Positions 1-12,156 of a DNA stretch of 64,000 nucleotides are shown in pieces (positions within the stretch are counted from its first letter, which is position 1; each line of letters starts with the position of its first letter). A program made the translations under genes and the position numbers. The notes under the pieces were generated by a model. It was not told the DNA's origin, made no database searches, and was given only the letters and a program-made list of their open reading frames with translations. Source of the DNA: Azolla caroliniana (Eukaryota > Plantae > Polypodiophyta); contig JBHGNT010000015.1 in NCBI GenBank assembly GCA_043228905.1, positions 11,718,001 to 11,782,000 of the forward strand, written 5' to 3'.

Positions 1-3000
1 CGGAGGGAGATCCAGGCGGAAGGTGACATCATTAATCTTCCCCGTAATACGGAAAGGACCGAGTCGTCGATAATCCAACTTGTCGCACGGTCGAGTAGTC
101 TTGATGTGACGACGTAAGAGCCATACTCGATCTCCGATGGCAAAAGAGGAGGGAATCCGATGACGATCCGCATAAGTCTTCTGTGTGTGTTGAGCATGAC
201 GAAGGTGAGTAGAGAGATCCATCTGGATCTTGCGTAGCCTCTCCAAATGGTCCTCGGCACGAGGGTTGGTAGGTAGCTCCGGAGTGTCGATCACCGACCA
301 GCGAGGATGGAAACCGGTATAAGCGAGAAATGGGGAGACCCGAGTCGAGGAGTGAATAGCATTATTATACGCAAACTCCGCAAAGTGGAGAATCTCGGCC
401 CAATCGTCCTGTTGATAACTCAGGAAACACCGGAGATATTGCTCCAAGGTTTGGTTTGTTCGTTCCGCCTGTCCGTCAGTTTGAGGATGGTAGCCGGAGG
501 AGAGGTTGCAGGAGACCTTGAGCATCCTGAAGAGATGCTGCCAAAATTTGGAGACAAATTGCGGGCCTCGGTCACTGACAATACTGTCTGGTAGGCCATG
601 ATGCCGAAATACCTCACGCATAACAAGAGCGGCGGTTTCCTCGCTAGTGATGGCTTTAGTACATGGCACAAAATGTGCCATCTTCGTATATCGATCGACG
701 ACGGTTAGGATAGCATCGAACCCCTTCGAGACCGGCAGATCTGTAATAAAATCAAGACAAATAGACTGCCATGGCTTACTTGGAATTGGTAAAGGTTCCA
801 ACAAGCCATATGGATGGTGTCGTGGCATCTTTGCTCGGCAGCAAGCATCACAGGTCCGAACGTAGTCGTCGACAAAACGGCGCATGTGGGGCCACCAAAA
901 AGATCGCTGCACTAACTCCAACGTCTTGGTACTACCGAAATGTCCCACCGTATGGGTGTCGTGACAATGTTGGACGATTTGAAGGCGACAGGAACAATCG
1001 GGGACATATACGCGCTTTTTAAAGAATAACAAACCATCATGATATTCGAATTGTCGGTAGTCAATACCTAGTTGTTGAGACTGAGAACAGGATGCCCGAG
1101 AAGTATCAATGTGCGCCAGGATGACTTGAGCAAAACTATCTGTCTTCAAGGTTGCACGTATGTCATCGGTAATCCGTGAATCCATCGGGGTGTGAAAAAT
1201 CCGCGTCGTGTGCAATCGTGTTGGTCCCAAGATTACTTGCTTTTGATTATCAAATGTTGCGTCACCAGGACGAGGTGCAAGATATGAACGCCGTGATAGT
1301 GCATCTGCTTTTCCTTGCTGCTTCCCCGGTCGATATGTGATTTCGAAGTTGAAACGCGTGAGGAATTGCGCCCACCGAGCTTGCCGTTGATTTAGTACGC
1401 GAGCGTTCTGAAAATAAGCAAGATTTTTATGATCGCTAAAGACAATGACCTGATGTGGAGAGCCCTCTAAGAAATGCCGCCATTGTACAAATGAATCCAC
1501 GATGGCTAATAACTCCTTGTCATGTATTTCGTAGTTGATTTCTGCGACATTGAATTTGCGCGAATGGAAAGCCACCGGATGCAACTCTTCTTTATCGCCT
1601 TGTTGAGAAAGGATGCTACCGAGGGCGAAATCTGATGCGTCGGCCTCCATGATGAATGGTTTGCTTGTATCCACATGAGCTAGAATCGGTGCTGATGTAA
1701 AGGCTTTCTTAAGATGCCGAAAAGCCATATCTGCTTCGATGGACCAAAGAAATGCTTGGCCCTTCTTCGTAAGTTGTGTGAGAGGTAAAATAATCTTCGA
1801 GTAATCCTGTATAAACTTACGGTAGAAGTTAGCAAAGCCTAGAAAACATTGTACATCTCGTACCGACCGTGGAATTTGCCACTCTAGTACAGTTTGGATT
1901 TTAGCTGAATCCATGGCGATGCCCTTTGAGGAGATGACGTAGCCTAGAAATTCCACTTGCTTGCAGTCAAAGCTACATTTCTCTAGCTTGGCATAAAGAC
2001 CATTCTCGCGGAGTCGCTTTAGTACTAATAGTACATGAGAATCGTGCTCTTCCTGGGTCTTCGAATAAATCAAGAGATCATCCAGATAAATGATCAAACA
2101 GATATCCAAGAGGTCTCTGAATATATCATTTGCCATGTGTTGGAAGACTGCGGGTGCATTGGTTAGGCCAAACGGCATAACAGTATACTCGAAATGCCCA
2201 TACCGCGTGCGAAAAGCGGTCTTCCACTCATCTCCCGGTCGGATCCGCACGAGATTATACGCTCCTCGTAGGTCGATTTTAGTAAAAAACTTGGCACCAT
2301 TAACTCGCTCTAAAAGACTTGATATAAGAGGAAGTGCATACCTATTCCGGATGGTGACTTTATTCAATCCGCGGTAATCAACGACAAGACGAAGTGAGCC
2401 ATCTTTCTTCTTGACAAAGAAGATGGGTGCACCGGCCGGAGATTTCGAATGACGGATGAACCCGCTTGCCAAGTTCTCCTCTATGTAGGCTCGAAGGACT
2501 TCTAACTCGGTGGGTGACAAGTTGTAAATTGGTCCCCATGGTGGCTCGGTTCCTGGTTGTAAATCGATGGGACAGTCATAGGGACGGTGATGAGGAAGGG
2601 TACCGGCTTTTACCTTGTCAAATACATCGGCATAAGGATGATATTTTGCCGGAAGTTGTATTGAGGAGTCCTTCTTAATAGTGCTAGAAGGATGTACTGA
2701 TATGGCAAATAGGAACATTGCCTCCTTGGGTCCTTCTTCGCGTAGTTGATGGAGTGAAATGGTCGAAACTCGGTGAGTTGATTCTTGGGGTGGTCGATAT
2801 CGGACTTCTCTTGTTCTCCAATCTATGGCTGGATTATGTAATTCAAGCCAAGGTAATCCTAGGACAATGGGATGCTCTGGACTACTAATTATATTAAATG
2901 ATATTATACACACAAAACTACCTAGGACAACTTGAATGGGTTCTGATTCTTCTACAATATTCCCGGAAGCAATGGGACGACCATCAATGACCACTACAGA

Positions 3001-3246
3001 TGCGGGACAAGGAAGTTTTCTTAAGGATATCTGAGAAGCTTGGGCAAAATTTCGATCCATGAAACAGGAATTAGCTCCGGAATCTAAAAGTGCTAGGACG
3101 GGTACTGGGGGAGTACTTTTAGTACTAACAATGACTTGGGCTAGGAACACATTGCTAACTTGCTTGGAAGGAATGGAACCACTAATGGGCTGTACAGATC
3201 TAGGGCTGCTGTCCAACCAAATGGCTCCTATTTTGGCTGGACTCAA
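1..3246 (-). CDS. pol: Pol polyprotein (protease, reverse transcriptase, RNase H, integrase), open to the window edge
   Basis: LLDSGANSCFMD (~3055-3090), IYLDDLLIYS (~2062-2091), EADASDFALG (~1620-1650), GPF motif near 50. Frame is -1 relative to gag. The ORF track shows no stop-bounded fragments in this frame, consistent with an unbroken ORF. Confidence 0.88.
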   Translation of the reverse strand, partial: MSPAKIGAIWLDSSPRSVQPISGSIPSKQVSNVFLAQVIVSTKSTPPVPVLALLDSGANSCFMDRNFAQASQISLRKLPCPASVVVIDGRPIASGNIVEESEPIQVVLGSFVCIISFNIISSPEHPIVLGLPWLELHNPAIDWRTREVRYRPPQESTHRVSTISLHQLREEGPKEAMFLFAISVHPSSTIKKDSSIQLPAKYHPYADVFDKVKAGTLPHHRPYDCPIDLQPGTEPPWGPIYNLSPTELEVLRAYIEENLASGFIRHSKSPAGAPIFFVKKKDGSLRLVVDYRGLNKVTIRNRYALPLISSLLERVNGAKFFTKIDLRGAYNLVRIRPGDEWKTAFRTRYGHFEYTVMPFGLTNAPAVFQHMANDIFRDLLDICLIIYLDDLLIYSKTQEEHDSHVLLVLKRLRENGLYAKLEKCSFDCKQVEFLGYVISSKGIAMDSAKIQTVLEWQIPRSVRDVQCFLGFANFYRKFIQDYSKIILPLTQLTKKGQAFLWSIEADMAFRHLKKAFTSAPILAHVDTSKPFIMEADASDFALGSILSQQGDKEELHPVAFHSRKFNVAEINYEIHDKELLAIVDSFVQWRHFLEGSPHQVIVFSDHKNLAYFQNARVLNQRQARWAQFLTRFNFEITYRPGKQQGKADALSRRSYLAPRPGDATFDNQKQVILGPTRLHTTRIFHTPMDSRITDDIRATLKTDSFAQVILAHIDTSRASCSQSQQLGIDYRQFEYHDGLLFFKKRVYVPDCSCRLQIVQHCHDTHTVGHFGSTKTLELVQRSFWWPHMRRFVDDYVRTCDACCRAKMPRHHPYGLLEPLPIPSKPWQSICLDFITDLPVSKGFDAILTVVDRYTKMAHFVPCTKAITSEETAALVMREVFRHHGLPDSIVSDRGPQFVSKFWQHLFRMLKVSCNLSSGYHPQTDGQAERTNQTLEQYLRCFLSYQQDDWAEILHFAEFAYNNAIHSSTRVSPFLAYTGFHPRWSVIDTPELPTNPRAEDHLERLRKIQMDLSTHLRHAQHTQKTYADRHRIPSSFAIGDRVWLLRRHIKTTRPCDKLDYRRLGPFRITGKINDVTFRLDLPP

Positions 3247-4400
3247 TCATTTAACTCTTCATCTAATTGACTAAGGATTTCAAATTTATTTGAGATACTT
3301 GGGCTATTAGTACTATGAATACTATCTGACACTCTATTAGTACTATTAATACTATCAGACACTCCAAAGGGAAGAATTGACTCGGGTTTAGTACAGGCGA
3401 CGATTTGATTTACCTGTCTTCTTGGCCTATGGGGACAATTGATGGCGATATGTCCTGGTCCACCGCAATAAAGACATAATCGATTGGCACGTCGTCGTTG
3501 CTTTTCTTCTTCCGATAACGGGCCGCGTCGACGCATGGTATCGATCTCCATCGGTGTCGAAGTATTTGCTTGAGGTGTGTCTCGTGCAAACGGTTTAGCC
3601 GCGACTGCGGCGTAAGTGGGCTCTGGCCTAGAGCGTGGTATCTGTAATTGACGTTCTGAACGCCGTTCAAAAAGGCGGTTGTCACATCGAACTGCTCGAC
3701 TGATTGCCTCCGTAAGAGACTTTGGTTCTTCCGGGAAAGTTAGAAGTAGATCTTTGACATCGTTTCGCAAGCCATAGCGAAACTGCTCCATTAGTGCTTG
3801 ATCATCCCAGGGTATATCTGAAGCAAGTAGGCGGAAATCCGCCGCGTAGGCAGAGGCTGGACGATCGCCTTGACGCAATCGCCGGATCTTGTTGATCGCC
3901 GTCCTGATGCTGTCGGTGTCTCCAAAGCAGGCTTTAAACTCACCAATAAAATCTTCAAAGTTATTAAGTAAGGGTGATTGTTTTTCTAGAAGCGGAGCAA
4001 ACCATGCCAAGGCTGAGCCGCTAAGTAGCGTGCCTATTAGGCCGACTCGAGATGCATCAGTGGGATATCGGGAAGGATGCATCTGGATGACTAAGCGTAC
4101 CTGATTAAGGAATCCCCGGAATTGCGAACGCGTTCCATCAAATTTCACAGGAAGTCCAATCTTGGGCTCTTTATGAAATCCTTGGGGACTAGATCCTTGT
4201 TGTTGCAACGCTGCTTCGAGTTGTTGTACCCGTAACGCTAACTCCCCATGTTGTTGTTGCGTTTGTTGTTTTTCTAGAGCGATTTGTTGCAGATCCCCTA
4301 TCAGCCGTTGGTTTTCTTGTTCCAGGGCAACAAACTTTTCTTTTAGGCACTGTAGCTCGGAGAAAACGGATTGGTATTCTTGGGCGCTAACAGTAGCCAT
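3243..4400 (-). CDS. gag: Gag (N-terminal coiled coil, Ty3-type capsid, CCHC knuckle)
   Basis: 385-aa ORF with KFDGTRSQFRGFL, LSGSALAWF, LRQGDRPASAYAADF, PMEID and CLYCGGPGHIAINC. Confidence 0.93.
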   Translation of the reverse strand: MATVSAQEYQSVFSELQCLKEKFVALEQENQRLIGDLQQIALEKQQTQQQHGELALRVQQLEAALQQQGSSPQGFHKEPKIGLPVKFDGTRSQFRGFLNQVRLVIQMHPSRYPTDASRVGLIGTLLSGSALAWFAPLLEKQSPLLNNFEDFIGEFKACFGDTDSIRTAINKIRRLRQGDRPASAYAADFRLLASDIPWDDQALMEQFRYGLRNDVKDLLLTFPEEPKSLTEAISRAVRCDNRLFERRSERQLQIPRSRPEPTYAAVAAKPFARDTPQANTSTPMEIDTMRRRGPLSEEEKQRRRANRLCLYCGGPGHIAINCPHRPRRQVNQIVACTKPESILPFGVSDSINSTNRVSDSIHSTNSPSISNKFEILSQLDEELND

Positions 4401-4469
4401 AGTATAGGGAAAAGGGTAGGAGGATGAGGGAGAGTGACAAGTAGGCTAGAGGGACCAATTGGTTCAAAC

Positions 4470-4890
4470 TGTCAGGAATAGTACTAAAGCAGAGATGGAA
4501 TTAGTACTAAGAAGAGTAGTACTATTAGTACTAAGAAGACAGGACTGCGTAAGATTCCCGAGAGAGAGGAAGTGAGAAGAGGAGAGAGAGAGAAATAGGA
4601 TGATGACAGCAGCTCTTATATTATATGAAAGATAAGTACAAATCGGCTAAGAGGCTTAAGACTGGTGTTGAACCAATTTGGTTCAAAACAATGCCTTGTG
4701 CCTCCTTTTATAGTGTTTTTAGGAATAATCTTGAAGCTTCTAGAATGTTCCAGAGAGATCTGGAATATACATCAATTTTCTATGATAAAGCATAAATGAA
4801 AATAATATTCTACAAAATACAATTCCTAATCTAATGGTAAGAGCTCGACCCATGTAGCATAAAGTCATGGGTTCGAGTCTTGCCATGACA
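4470..4890 (-). repeat. 5' LTR (421 bp) of the gypsy element
   Basis: TG...CA termini with 5-bp inverted ends; TATAAAA on the minus strand at 4706-4712; directly upstream of gag. Confidence 0.85.
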
Positions 4891-4895
4891 CTACC

Positions 4896-5610
4896 AGTGG
4901 AATGGTAGAACATCGGTTAGAGTGGCCGAACTGGACAAACGAATGACGCTGAACGACTAAGATGGAGATGACAAGAGACGTAGAGTGACGGAGACGATAG
5001 CCGAAATGCACAGCCATGGCAACAGAAATGGAAACGGAGCCAGATGGACAGGCACCAGACAAGATCGGATAGCTGAAGAGCGGTCAAACAAATGGACGAT
5101 GCGGATAGAGATGACTGGGCAAACAGAAAAAGGGTAGGACAAAAGACCGAACACAGATGGCTGGAATGACCGGGCAGTAGCCAGACTGGCCGAACCGACA
5201 ACCAGAATGCACAAAGGCAGCTAGAAACCTTCAATGGCGGCGATTGCCAGACAACAGATAGGCGAACAACGACCAAGCACATAGATGGAGATGGAGATGC
5301 CTGAAAGATGCGGTTGGACAAGCAGTTAGAATGGACCGGAAGACTTCGGACAATGGGACAGATAATTAATAAAGTTCTATTTTCTTATCTCTGTGTATTG
5401 ATTACTGTTCTGTGCTAATTACTTTCTATCTTACGCATGTATTAAGATTAATGATATGTTGCTTAAGTAACCGATTAAGGTCCGATTAATCGTCGGTCTA
5501 ACTCTGTTTCACCGTAACACCCTTTGGTGAAGTGTCTTCTATAGACACCTTGTGTTAGGCTATTGTCCGGCCCTAAGGAGTAACACAGTTTTTGGCGACC
5601 ACGATGGGAT
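4896..5610 (+). mobile_element. Fragment of another LTR element (LTR end plus primer-binding site)
   Basis: ...GTAACACA at ~5587 is followed by TGGCGACCACGATGGGA, a tRNA-Arg-type PBS pattern. No coding domain follows. Confidence 0.45.
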
Positions 5611-5819
5611 AGGACAAGCACGATAGCAGCGGTCGAAGATGGCCACGGCGGGAGTTGGAGACGGATGAGCAGCCGAAGTGGCCGGAATAGCCGAATAGTG
5701 GCCGGAGTGGCCAGATGGGCTAGACAGATGACCAACCACGACAACCAAAACAAAGACAACGTTGAGAAGAAAGATGCAGGCATGCAGAAAATAAGAAGAT
5801 TAGAGAAGGGAAATGCATA

Positions 5820-5856
5820 GAAGAAGAAGAAGAAGAAGAAGAAGAAGAAGAAGAAG
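5820..5856. repeat. (GAA)n microsatellite
   Basis: About 12 consecutive GAA units. Confidence 0.95.
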
Positions 5857-6631
5857 CGGAAGGAGACGTAGCCATTGATGAACAGAGAAGGAAGAGAAAG
5901 AAGAATTCATGGAAGAAGAAAAGGGCATGGACAGACGGACACGAGCAGGAGAGACAAAAGCAAATAGAATAAAGAGAGAGGGAAAAAAGGAGATGAGGGC
6001 ATCCATGAAATTTTAAAACATTTAAGGGGTGTCAAGCATAACTTTAAAAACATAAGGGTACATGATAGAATTTTAAAAACCAAAGGGCACCTACGGAATT
6101 TCGAAAACTCATGAACCTAAAAGAAATGAATGTGATCCACACACAACTCACAAAATCAACAACAGGAAGATATACATACACACAACGTTTTTAAGGACCC
6201 AAAAGAGGATACCAAAGTTCGTAAGTCGATAGAATGAGAATGTTCGTGTCGCGGAAGATTCGCTAACTGACGGAGATGTTCGAGTCAAGCGCTCCGATCG
6301 AGAGAGTCGATCGTTGAGAGGATCGATGGAAATTCCAGTCGACGAAAGATTATGTTCAAGGCATGTGGGATCGAGTGGAAGGCACTCTCCCACGAGCGTG
6401 CCATATTGTGTTACCGTACGAGATGTACGAGTGATTGATAAGTGAGGGTGAAAGATGTAATGTATGTGTAATCTTATACGATTATGAGTGTGAATGTAAG
6501 TGTGAGTGTGGTGGATACAAAGAGGTGTGAGTGAGTGACTAGGTGTGAATGCCCAAGGGGCTTGCACCCTTGTGTATCTACCCTTTTGTACCTATTTAAC
6601 CCCTTATGGGGAATGAATGAATAGAATGATC

Positions 6632-6668
<37 letters not shown>

Positions 6669-7059
6669 CTAACGTTGAACCCCCTTGGGAGGGGGGTGGA
6701 GCCATTCTAGGCACCACCCCCCACCCCGCAATGCTTGTCAATGCTTGTCAACATCTTCATGATCTCTCTCACCATCATACTCTCCATCATCTTCATTATT
6801 ACACCATGTCTATCTTCATCATCGATAATGATCATTACCATTAACCCTAACCCTAAAACCTACAACAATATTCTCTTAACAAAGTATATATCTTTTATTA
6901 TCATCATTCTCTCTCTCTCTCTCTCTCTTTCCTTCTCTCGAGAGCTCTACACCTCCCTTAGTACTAACCCTCATCTTTTAGCACTAATTTCTTCTCTATC
7001 GTAGTGTTGTTCTTGGCAGCGCTTCTGTGTCTTAGTACTATTCCTGACACCTACCAGCA

Positions 7060-10000
7060 AGGCCTGGTGTACAACTAACCATTGTAGATGCAATATTTTG
7101 TGTGGCTATTTTCTTGCCCATAAGATAACCTAGAACTTTGCAAGGAACTAGGGAGTAATACCTTGTTGATTCAAATATTGAGATGCAATCAGCAACACAT
7201 CACATCTGAGATACTCAACATAATGTTTGGGGTTAGGTTTATTATGAAGCAAACCAAGTAATACTTGTTTCCATGTTGACAATAATGTCCCAATAAATTT
7301 GTCTTCCCATCTATTGGCTGAAGGTACTTGAAAATTTTCCTTAAATATCCAATTTACATCCTTCTACCAAGGGGGCACCTAAACGAGGAGAGCAATCTGA
7401 ACATCGGTCAAGCAATAATACTTTCCATATCTCTTGCCCCGACATAAACCCTCTAACAAGCAACTTACTTAACAATGCTCTTGATTGATCTACTGGATCA
7501 ATAATACCTAATCCTCCTTTAGAACGAGGTAAGGTAATAACATCCCATATCACTTTAGACTGAGCATTGCCTTCCGTTTTATCCGACCACAAGAAATTAC
7601 GAATCAGTCTACGTATTTTCAAAATGCATGAGTTGGAGAATATCCAACATGACAGAACAAACCATGTTGAAGCCAATAAAACCTGATTAGCAACTACAAT
7701 CCTGACATAATAATAACTTTTTCCGTAGTGACAATAGGAGGGGTGCCACTTGACTTTCTCCATAATCAGATTGCGGGTGTGGATTCCATAGAGGAGGCTC
7801 TACATCCCCCACCTAAAATGCAAAGGACTTGTTCCAATTGACTAGTGCACCTGAAGCCTTACAAAATGTGGATATGGCCAATTCTGTTTTTTGCAAATTT
7901 TCCAAATCACCTTTTAAGTATAGGGCAGTGTCATCTGCAAACTCATCATCCCTTACTTGTATATGTGAGAATGGGTCTCGTAGTCCCCGTATACCAATAT
8001 CACCAACATTTAGAAAAGAGATCATTGTCTCAACAAAAAACAAAAACAGGAAAGGAGCCAAAGGACAACCTTGCCGAACTAATCGAGAAATAGAAAACAA
8101 AGGTCCATAATTCCTAGCTAGTAAGACTCAGCTTTGTGCCAAATTATATAATGAAGAAATACCTATTATCCGTTCTTTCGAGAAACCAAAATGAGCCAAT
8201 ACACCTTGTAAAAATTCCCAATCAACACGGTCGTAAGCTTTCTCAAAATCAAGCATAACATGGCCAAGTTTTGATTAGATTTGGCTGCCAAAGCTGCAAA
8301 TTCCTAAAATGTATAAACATTATCCAAAATGCTCCTTTCCCGAATGAATCCTATTTGTGACGAATGTATAACTTTAGGCATTATAGTAATAAGTCATATA
8401 CTAATTGCTTTAGCTAAAATTTTATACATCGTATTTAATAATGTAATCGGGCGTCTAGTGAAGGACCTTTTGATTTAGGGATAATGTAAATTAGTCCTTC
8501 TGTAAAATATGGAGGCATATTACCCTCTCGAAGAATTTGTTGGAATGTTGTACATAAATATGCTTTGAACAAATCCCAATATTTAATGAAGAATGTTGGG
8601 GTTAAACCATCCATACCTGGACATCAATTTTTAGGCAAAGCTTGGAGTGCTTCACTCAATTCCCCAGAAGTAAAAACATATTGGAGTCTGACATTCATAT
8701 CTTGTGTTATTCTTGAACTCAATTTATTCCATACACAAGACCGACTTATTAAATCCTCATCGGAGAAGGAAACAACTGATAGTAGGTCAGAATAGTATGG
8801 TGTGCCTATTTCTCTCATCACTTGAGGGTCAGATGAGATAGTTCCATTCTCATGTTGTAGTTGTTTGAGTGAAACCGCATTATGATTTGGTCTCATGGCA
8901 TGAAAAAATTCAGTTGTGTATTTATCACCCATTTGGGTCCAATTAGTTGCCCTATGATGATATTGAAATTCTGCACATTTTTCTAATAGTATAGCAAGTT
9001 CTTGTCTTGTGATGACGTTCTTGTAATCGTTGTAGAGAAACAAGAGAAGTATGTGACCATTTCTCCTTTTCTTGTATCATAGAAAACCTCTCCTTCGATT
9101 TATCCCTGAAGTTTTTTGAAATACATCGTAAGCCATTAGCTGCCTGCATAGCCATTGATTCCTATACAACATCTTTTTGAGACCATAATCCAGCCACTTG
9201 TAAGGAAAAGCTATTGTCTAGCAAGAAATGTTCAAGAATCTTCAGATTGGTGAATTCCTTAAAGTTTTGGGTCGAAATTCATAGGATAACTGGAGCATGA
9301 TCAAAGAAAGTAGTTCCTAGCATTATATGTATTGTACCAGTTGCTGAAATAAAAATTTCCAGATACGTAGAATCTATCCAATCGAGCTAAATTAGTACCA
9401 TTTACACGCCTATCTGATCTTGAAAACAAAAGAGAGGTGTTTGTATGAACCATCAAAGGAGTGTGCCAAGCATCTAATATTTGTAAGGAAAAAACCAATT
9501 GTTCCCATATTGTTAATTCATGGCCATGTATCGTGATTGAGCTACCTCCCATTCTATCAATGGGGTCTTCAAGCATGTTGAAATCACCAATGATACACCA
9601 ATGATCAAAGGGAGGCAAATTATGTAATAACTCTTTCCAAAATTGTTGTCCTGCAGAGGCAATATTGGGAGCATATATATTCAAGAGTCCCCATGTAATA
9701 TCTCCCTCTTGCATAATAACATATTGAGCCCTTCCAAGAATGACCACTTGTTTTTGGATAATGTATGGAATCCACCTCTGAGAAATAGCCATACAAACCC
9801 CACCACGGACTTTTGTGTTTCCTACTGTGGGGGACCAAAACATGTCCCAGTTTCTAGATAGAATAGAACCATAACGAGAAATTCTAAAAGTATTTAAATG
9901 ATGTTCTTGTATTAAAATAAAATCTACGCATTTGTTAATCTCTTGACGGAGACAATATTTGTACCTTCTAAATAAGGGGTCCCCTAACCCTTGAACATTC

Positions 10001-11714
10001 CATGAAAGCACACGAATTTAAGGAAACTTGGGTGGTTGTGATGCCATTTTCATGTTTTTTGCTAATGGCTCCAGATTGGCCTCATTGCCCTCTTGCTCAC
10101 CTCTTATCGAACATGATAAAGGTATCGCATTGCGTAACATTCTATAATGATGACGAGTTTTAGGTAATACTTGACCTTCTGATAATCCATCTTCATGAAT
10201 ATAGGTATATCCACAATTTGGAAGGATCTCAAAATCTAAGGAGACAACCACTTGACTTCGTCCCATCACATCAGACACTGGCAAAAGTTGTATAGTTGCT
10301 GCCTCAAGTCCCCTTAATAATACTTCCCCAAAATTGTCACAATTAACATATTTTGCCAAGTGTAATATTTGTTGTCTAATAGCCAATCAAACATCTACTA
10401 TCACCCATGTTTGTTTATCTTAACCACAAAAGGAAAAGAAAATCCTACAAGAGATTGCATAGTCTTGAAAAGAACATGAATGCGTATTAATGCAATGCCA
10501 TTATCAACCATGTCTCCCAACAATTTCAAAAACTCAAACCCATATGTGGCATTCCATCGAGTGACTACAAAATCACAAGTATTTTCAACTTGAGATTTTA
10601 TTGGGATTGTGCGAATGAAGTTCACATTTAACCCTCTCAAGCTAGATGATCGTTTTATAGATCTGTGAAGGGGTCGCAATGCATTACTCAAGTTCAAATG
10701 TTGTTTACTTAGTACCTTTGTTGTTTTACTCTGAGTGGCCATAACAAGTTTATTGATTGATTCAGTCTCTTCTCCACTAGGAGTAGCTTGTTCAGAAACA
10801 TTAGTAATTTGGCATATATCTGAACATCACTTTGAGACAAAGAGTAACCTATTTCCTGTATGGCAACATAGCAAGCTATACTTACGTGATCACCCATAGA
10901 TTATGTGCATTTATTGGGTATTGAATGTCGCTTTTCAATTGGTCTCAATATCTCCTCCTTGGATGGTTGAATACTTTTCCCCTTTTCATCCTTGGAGGGC
11001 TGAACATTTTTCCCTTTCTCAGTTCCCTCAACTAGTTGTGAATGTGGACTCTTATCCATGTTAACATGGTTAACATTTGTATGCACATTACTTGTACCAT
11101 TTTGGGTTCTTACTCTTCTTTTTCTTTGGGCAATCTTTCAGTACATGGCCTTGTTGTTTAAAATAAAAACATTGTCCAAGCATACCTAGATACTCAAATT
11201 TTTGTATGAATATCGACTTCCCGGCGAGTGATGGTAGAAGTACCTGAGTAGGTAAATTTTCGATTGAGGGAGGTAATATTCGAATTGATGGATATCTTAT
11301 TAGCTTCATTCTAATGCCTCCTCCCGAGGAGGAAGAACCGTGCCAATTCTTGCTACGATTGATGGGAGTACAACCATGTATTCCTCAGGGATTCTCGGGA
11401 AAACCACAGAAATCGGGGTCAGATGATGCCCCAAATTCAACATTTCAACGGGATCAAAGCCTAGTTTCCATGGCACAAAACAAGCAATTGAATTTCGTAT
11501 ATTGATCATATTTGCATTCGACAATTTTTCCTATCCTATGTTGGAAAACCGCTTGGAGGAGATCTCTCCAATCTCCTCTATTCGGCCTTAAACCTATAAC
11601 CCTACACACTATTGAGTAGGAAAGTAGAAGACTTACCTCTCTTTTCAATATCGCTTCTTCTTCCGCTGTGAGGACGACAGTGAAGGTTGACCGTGGATGA
11701 GTTGTCGGGGGTGC
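7060..11714 (-). mobile_element. Degenerate L1-clade LINE (ORF1 plus endonuclease-RT ORF2), 5' end cut by the gypsy insertion at 11715
   Basis: ORF1 remnants with a zinc knuckle (QCFYFKQQGHVLKDCP). Endonuclease motifs LSWNVQGL, IQEHH, NIYAPN, GDFN, RLDRFY, SDHAPV. RT motifs LDFEKAYDRVDW, RQGCPLAPFLF, FADDT. Many stops and frameshifts. Left boundary approximate. Confidence 0.9.
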
Positions 11715-12156
11715 TGTTGTCTGCCGGAATAGAAACCGACGGACAAGACCGCAAGAAAACGGAATAGTACAATATTGTAACGCATGTAATGGTTCACGCA
11801 GGAAGCATGAACGGCTAAAAGACCCTGCGTATATAAAGGGAAGAAAACCTCTGATAGAGGTAGCGTGTAATTTTGGAATGTAAGAGGCGTATTGTAATAG
11901 AGTTCTATCTTCTCTGATATCTGTGTGTAGCTACGGCTAATCTACTATGTGTCTGTAACACTTGAGAGCGTAGGAGTAAGTAACGGTGTGTGCGCTATCA
12001 AAGGAGCTCGGTTGTAGCCGTCTCCTTTATACGCCGCTAGAGAACGGGGAATATCCCACTAAGTATTACGCAGAGACGCTACCATTCGTTGTCACACAGT
12101 CCCTTGGAGGTCTAGGTCGAAGGACTGACCTTACACCGTGTTCCTAGTCGGTAACA
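11715..12156 (+). repeat. 5' LTR (442 bp) of Athila/Tat-like copy 1
   Basis: TGTTG...TAACA; TATATAAA at ~11830; followed by the PBS; homologous to the reverse complement of 60468-60907. Confidence 0.85.

Larger units (their letters stand above)
1..4890 (-). mobile_element. Ty3/gypsy LTR retrotransposon of the Tf1/sushi/Tcn1-like type; 3' part lies outside the window
   Basis: 5' LTR at 4470-4890 (TGTCA...TGACA), gag at 3243-4400, then PR-RT-RH-INT on the minus strand. The integrase GPF motif (KLDYRRLGPFRI) is at 40-80. Confidence 0.93.

Noticed and set aside
4826-4890. True tRNA genes here, at 52090-52180 and at 55569-55625
   Set aside because: Only A/B-box-like motifs are visible; I could not fold acceptor and anticodon stems.
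6148-7049. A complete solo LTR ending at ...TACTATTCCTGACA (7049), related to the first gypsy LTR
   Set aside because: The 3' terminus matches, but I could not place a matching 5' terminus or TSD.
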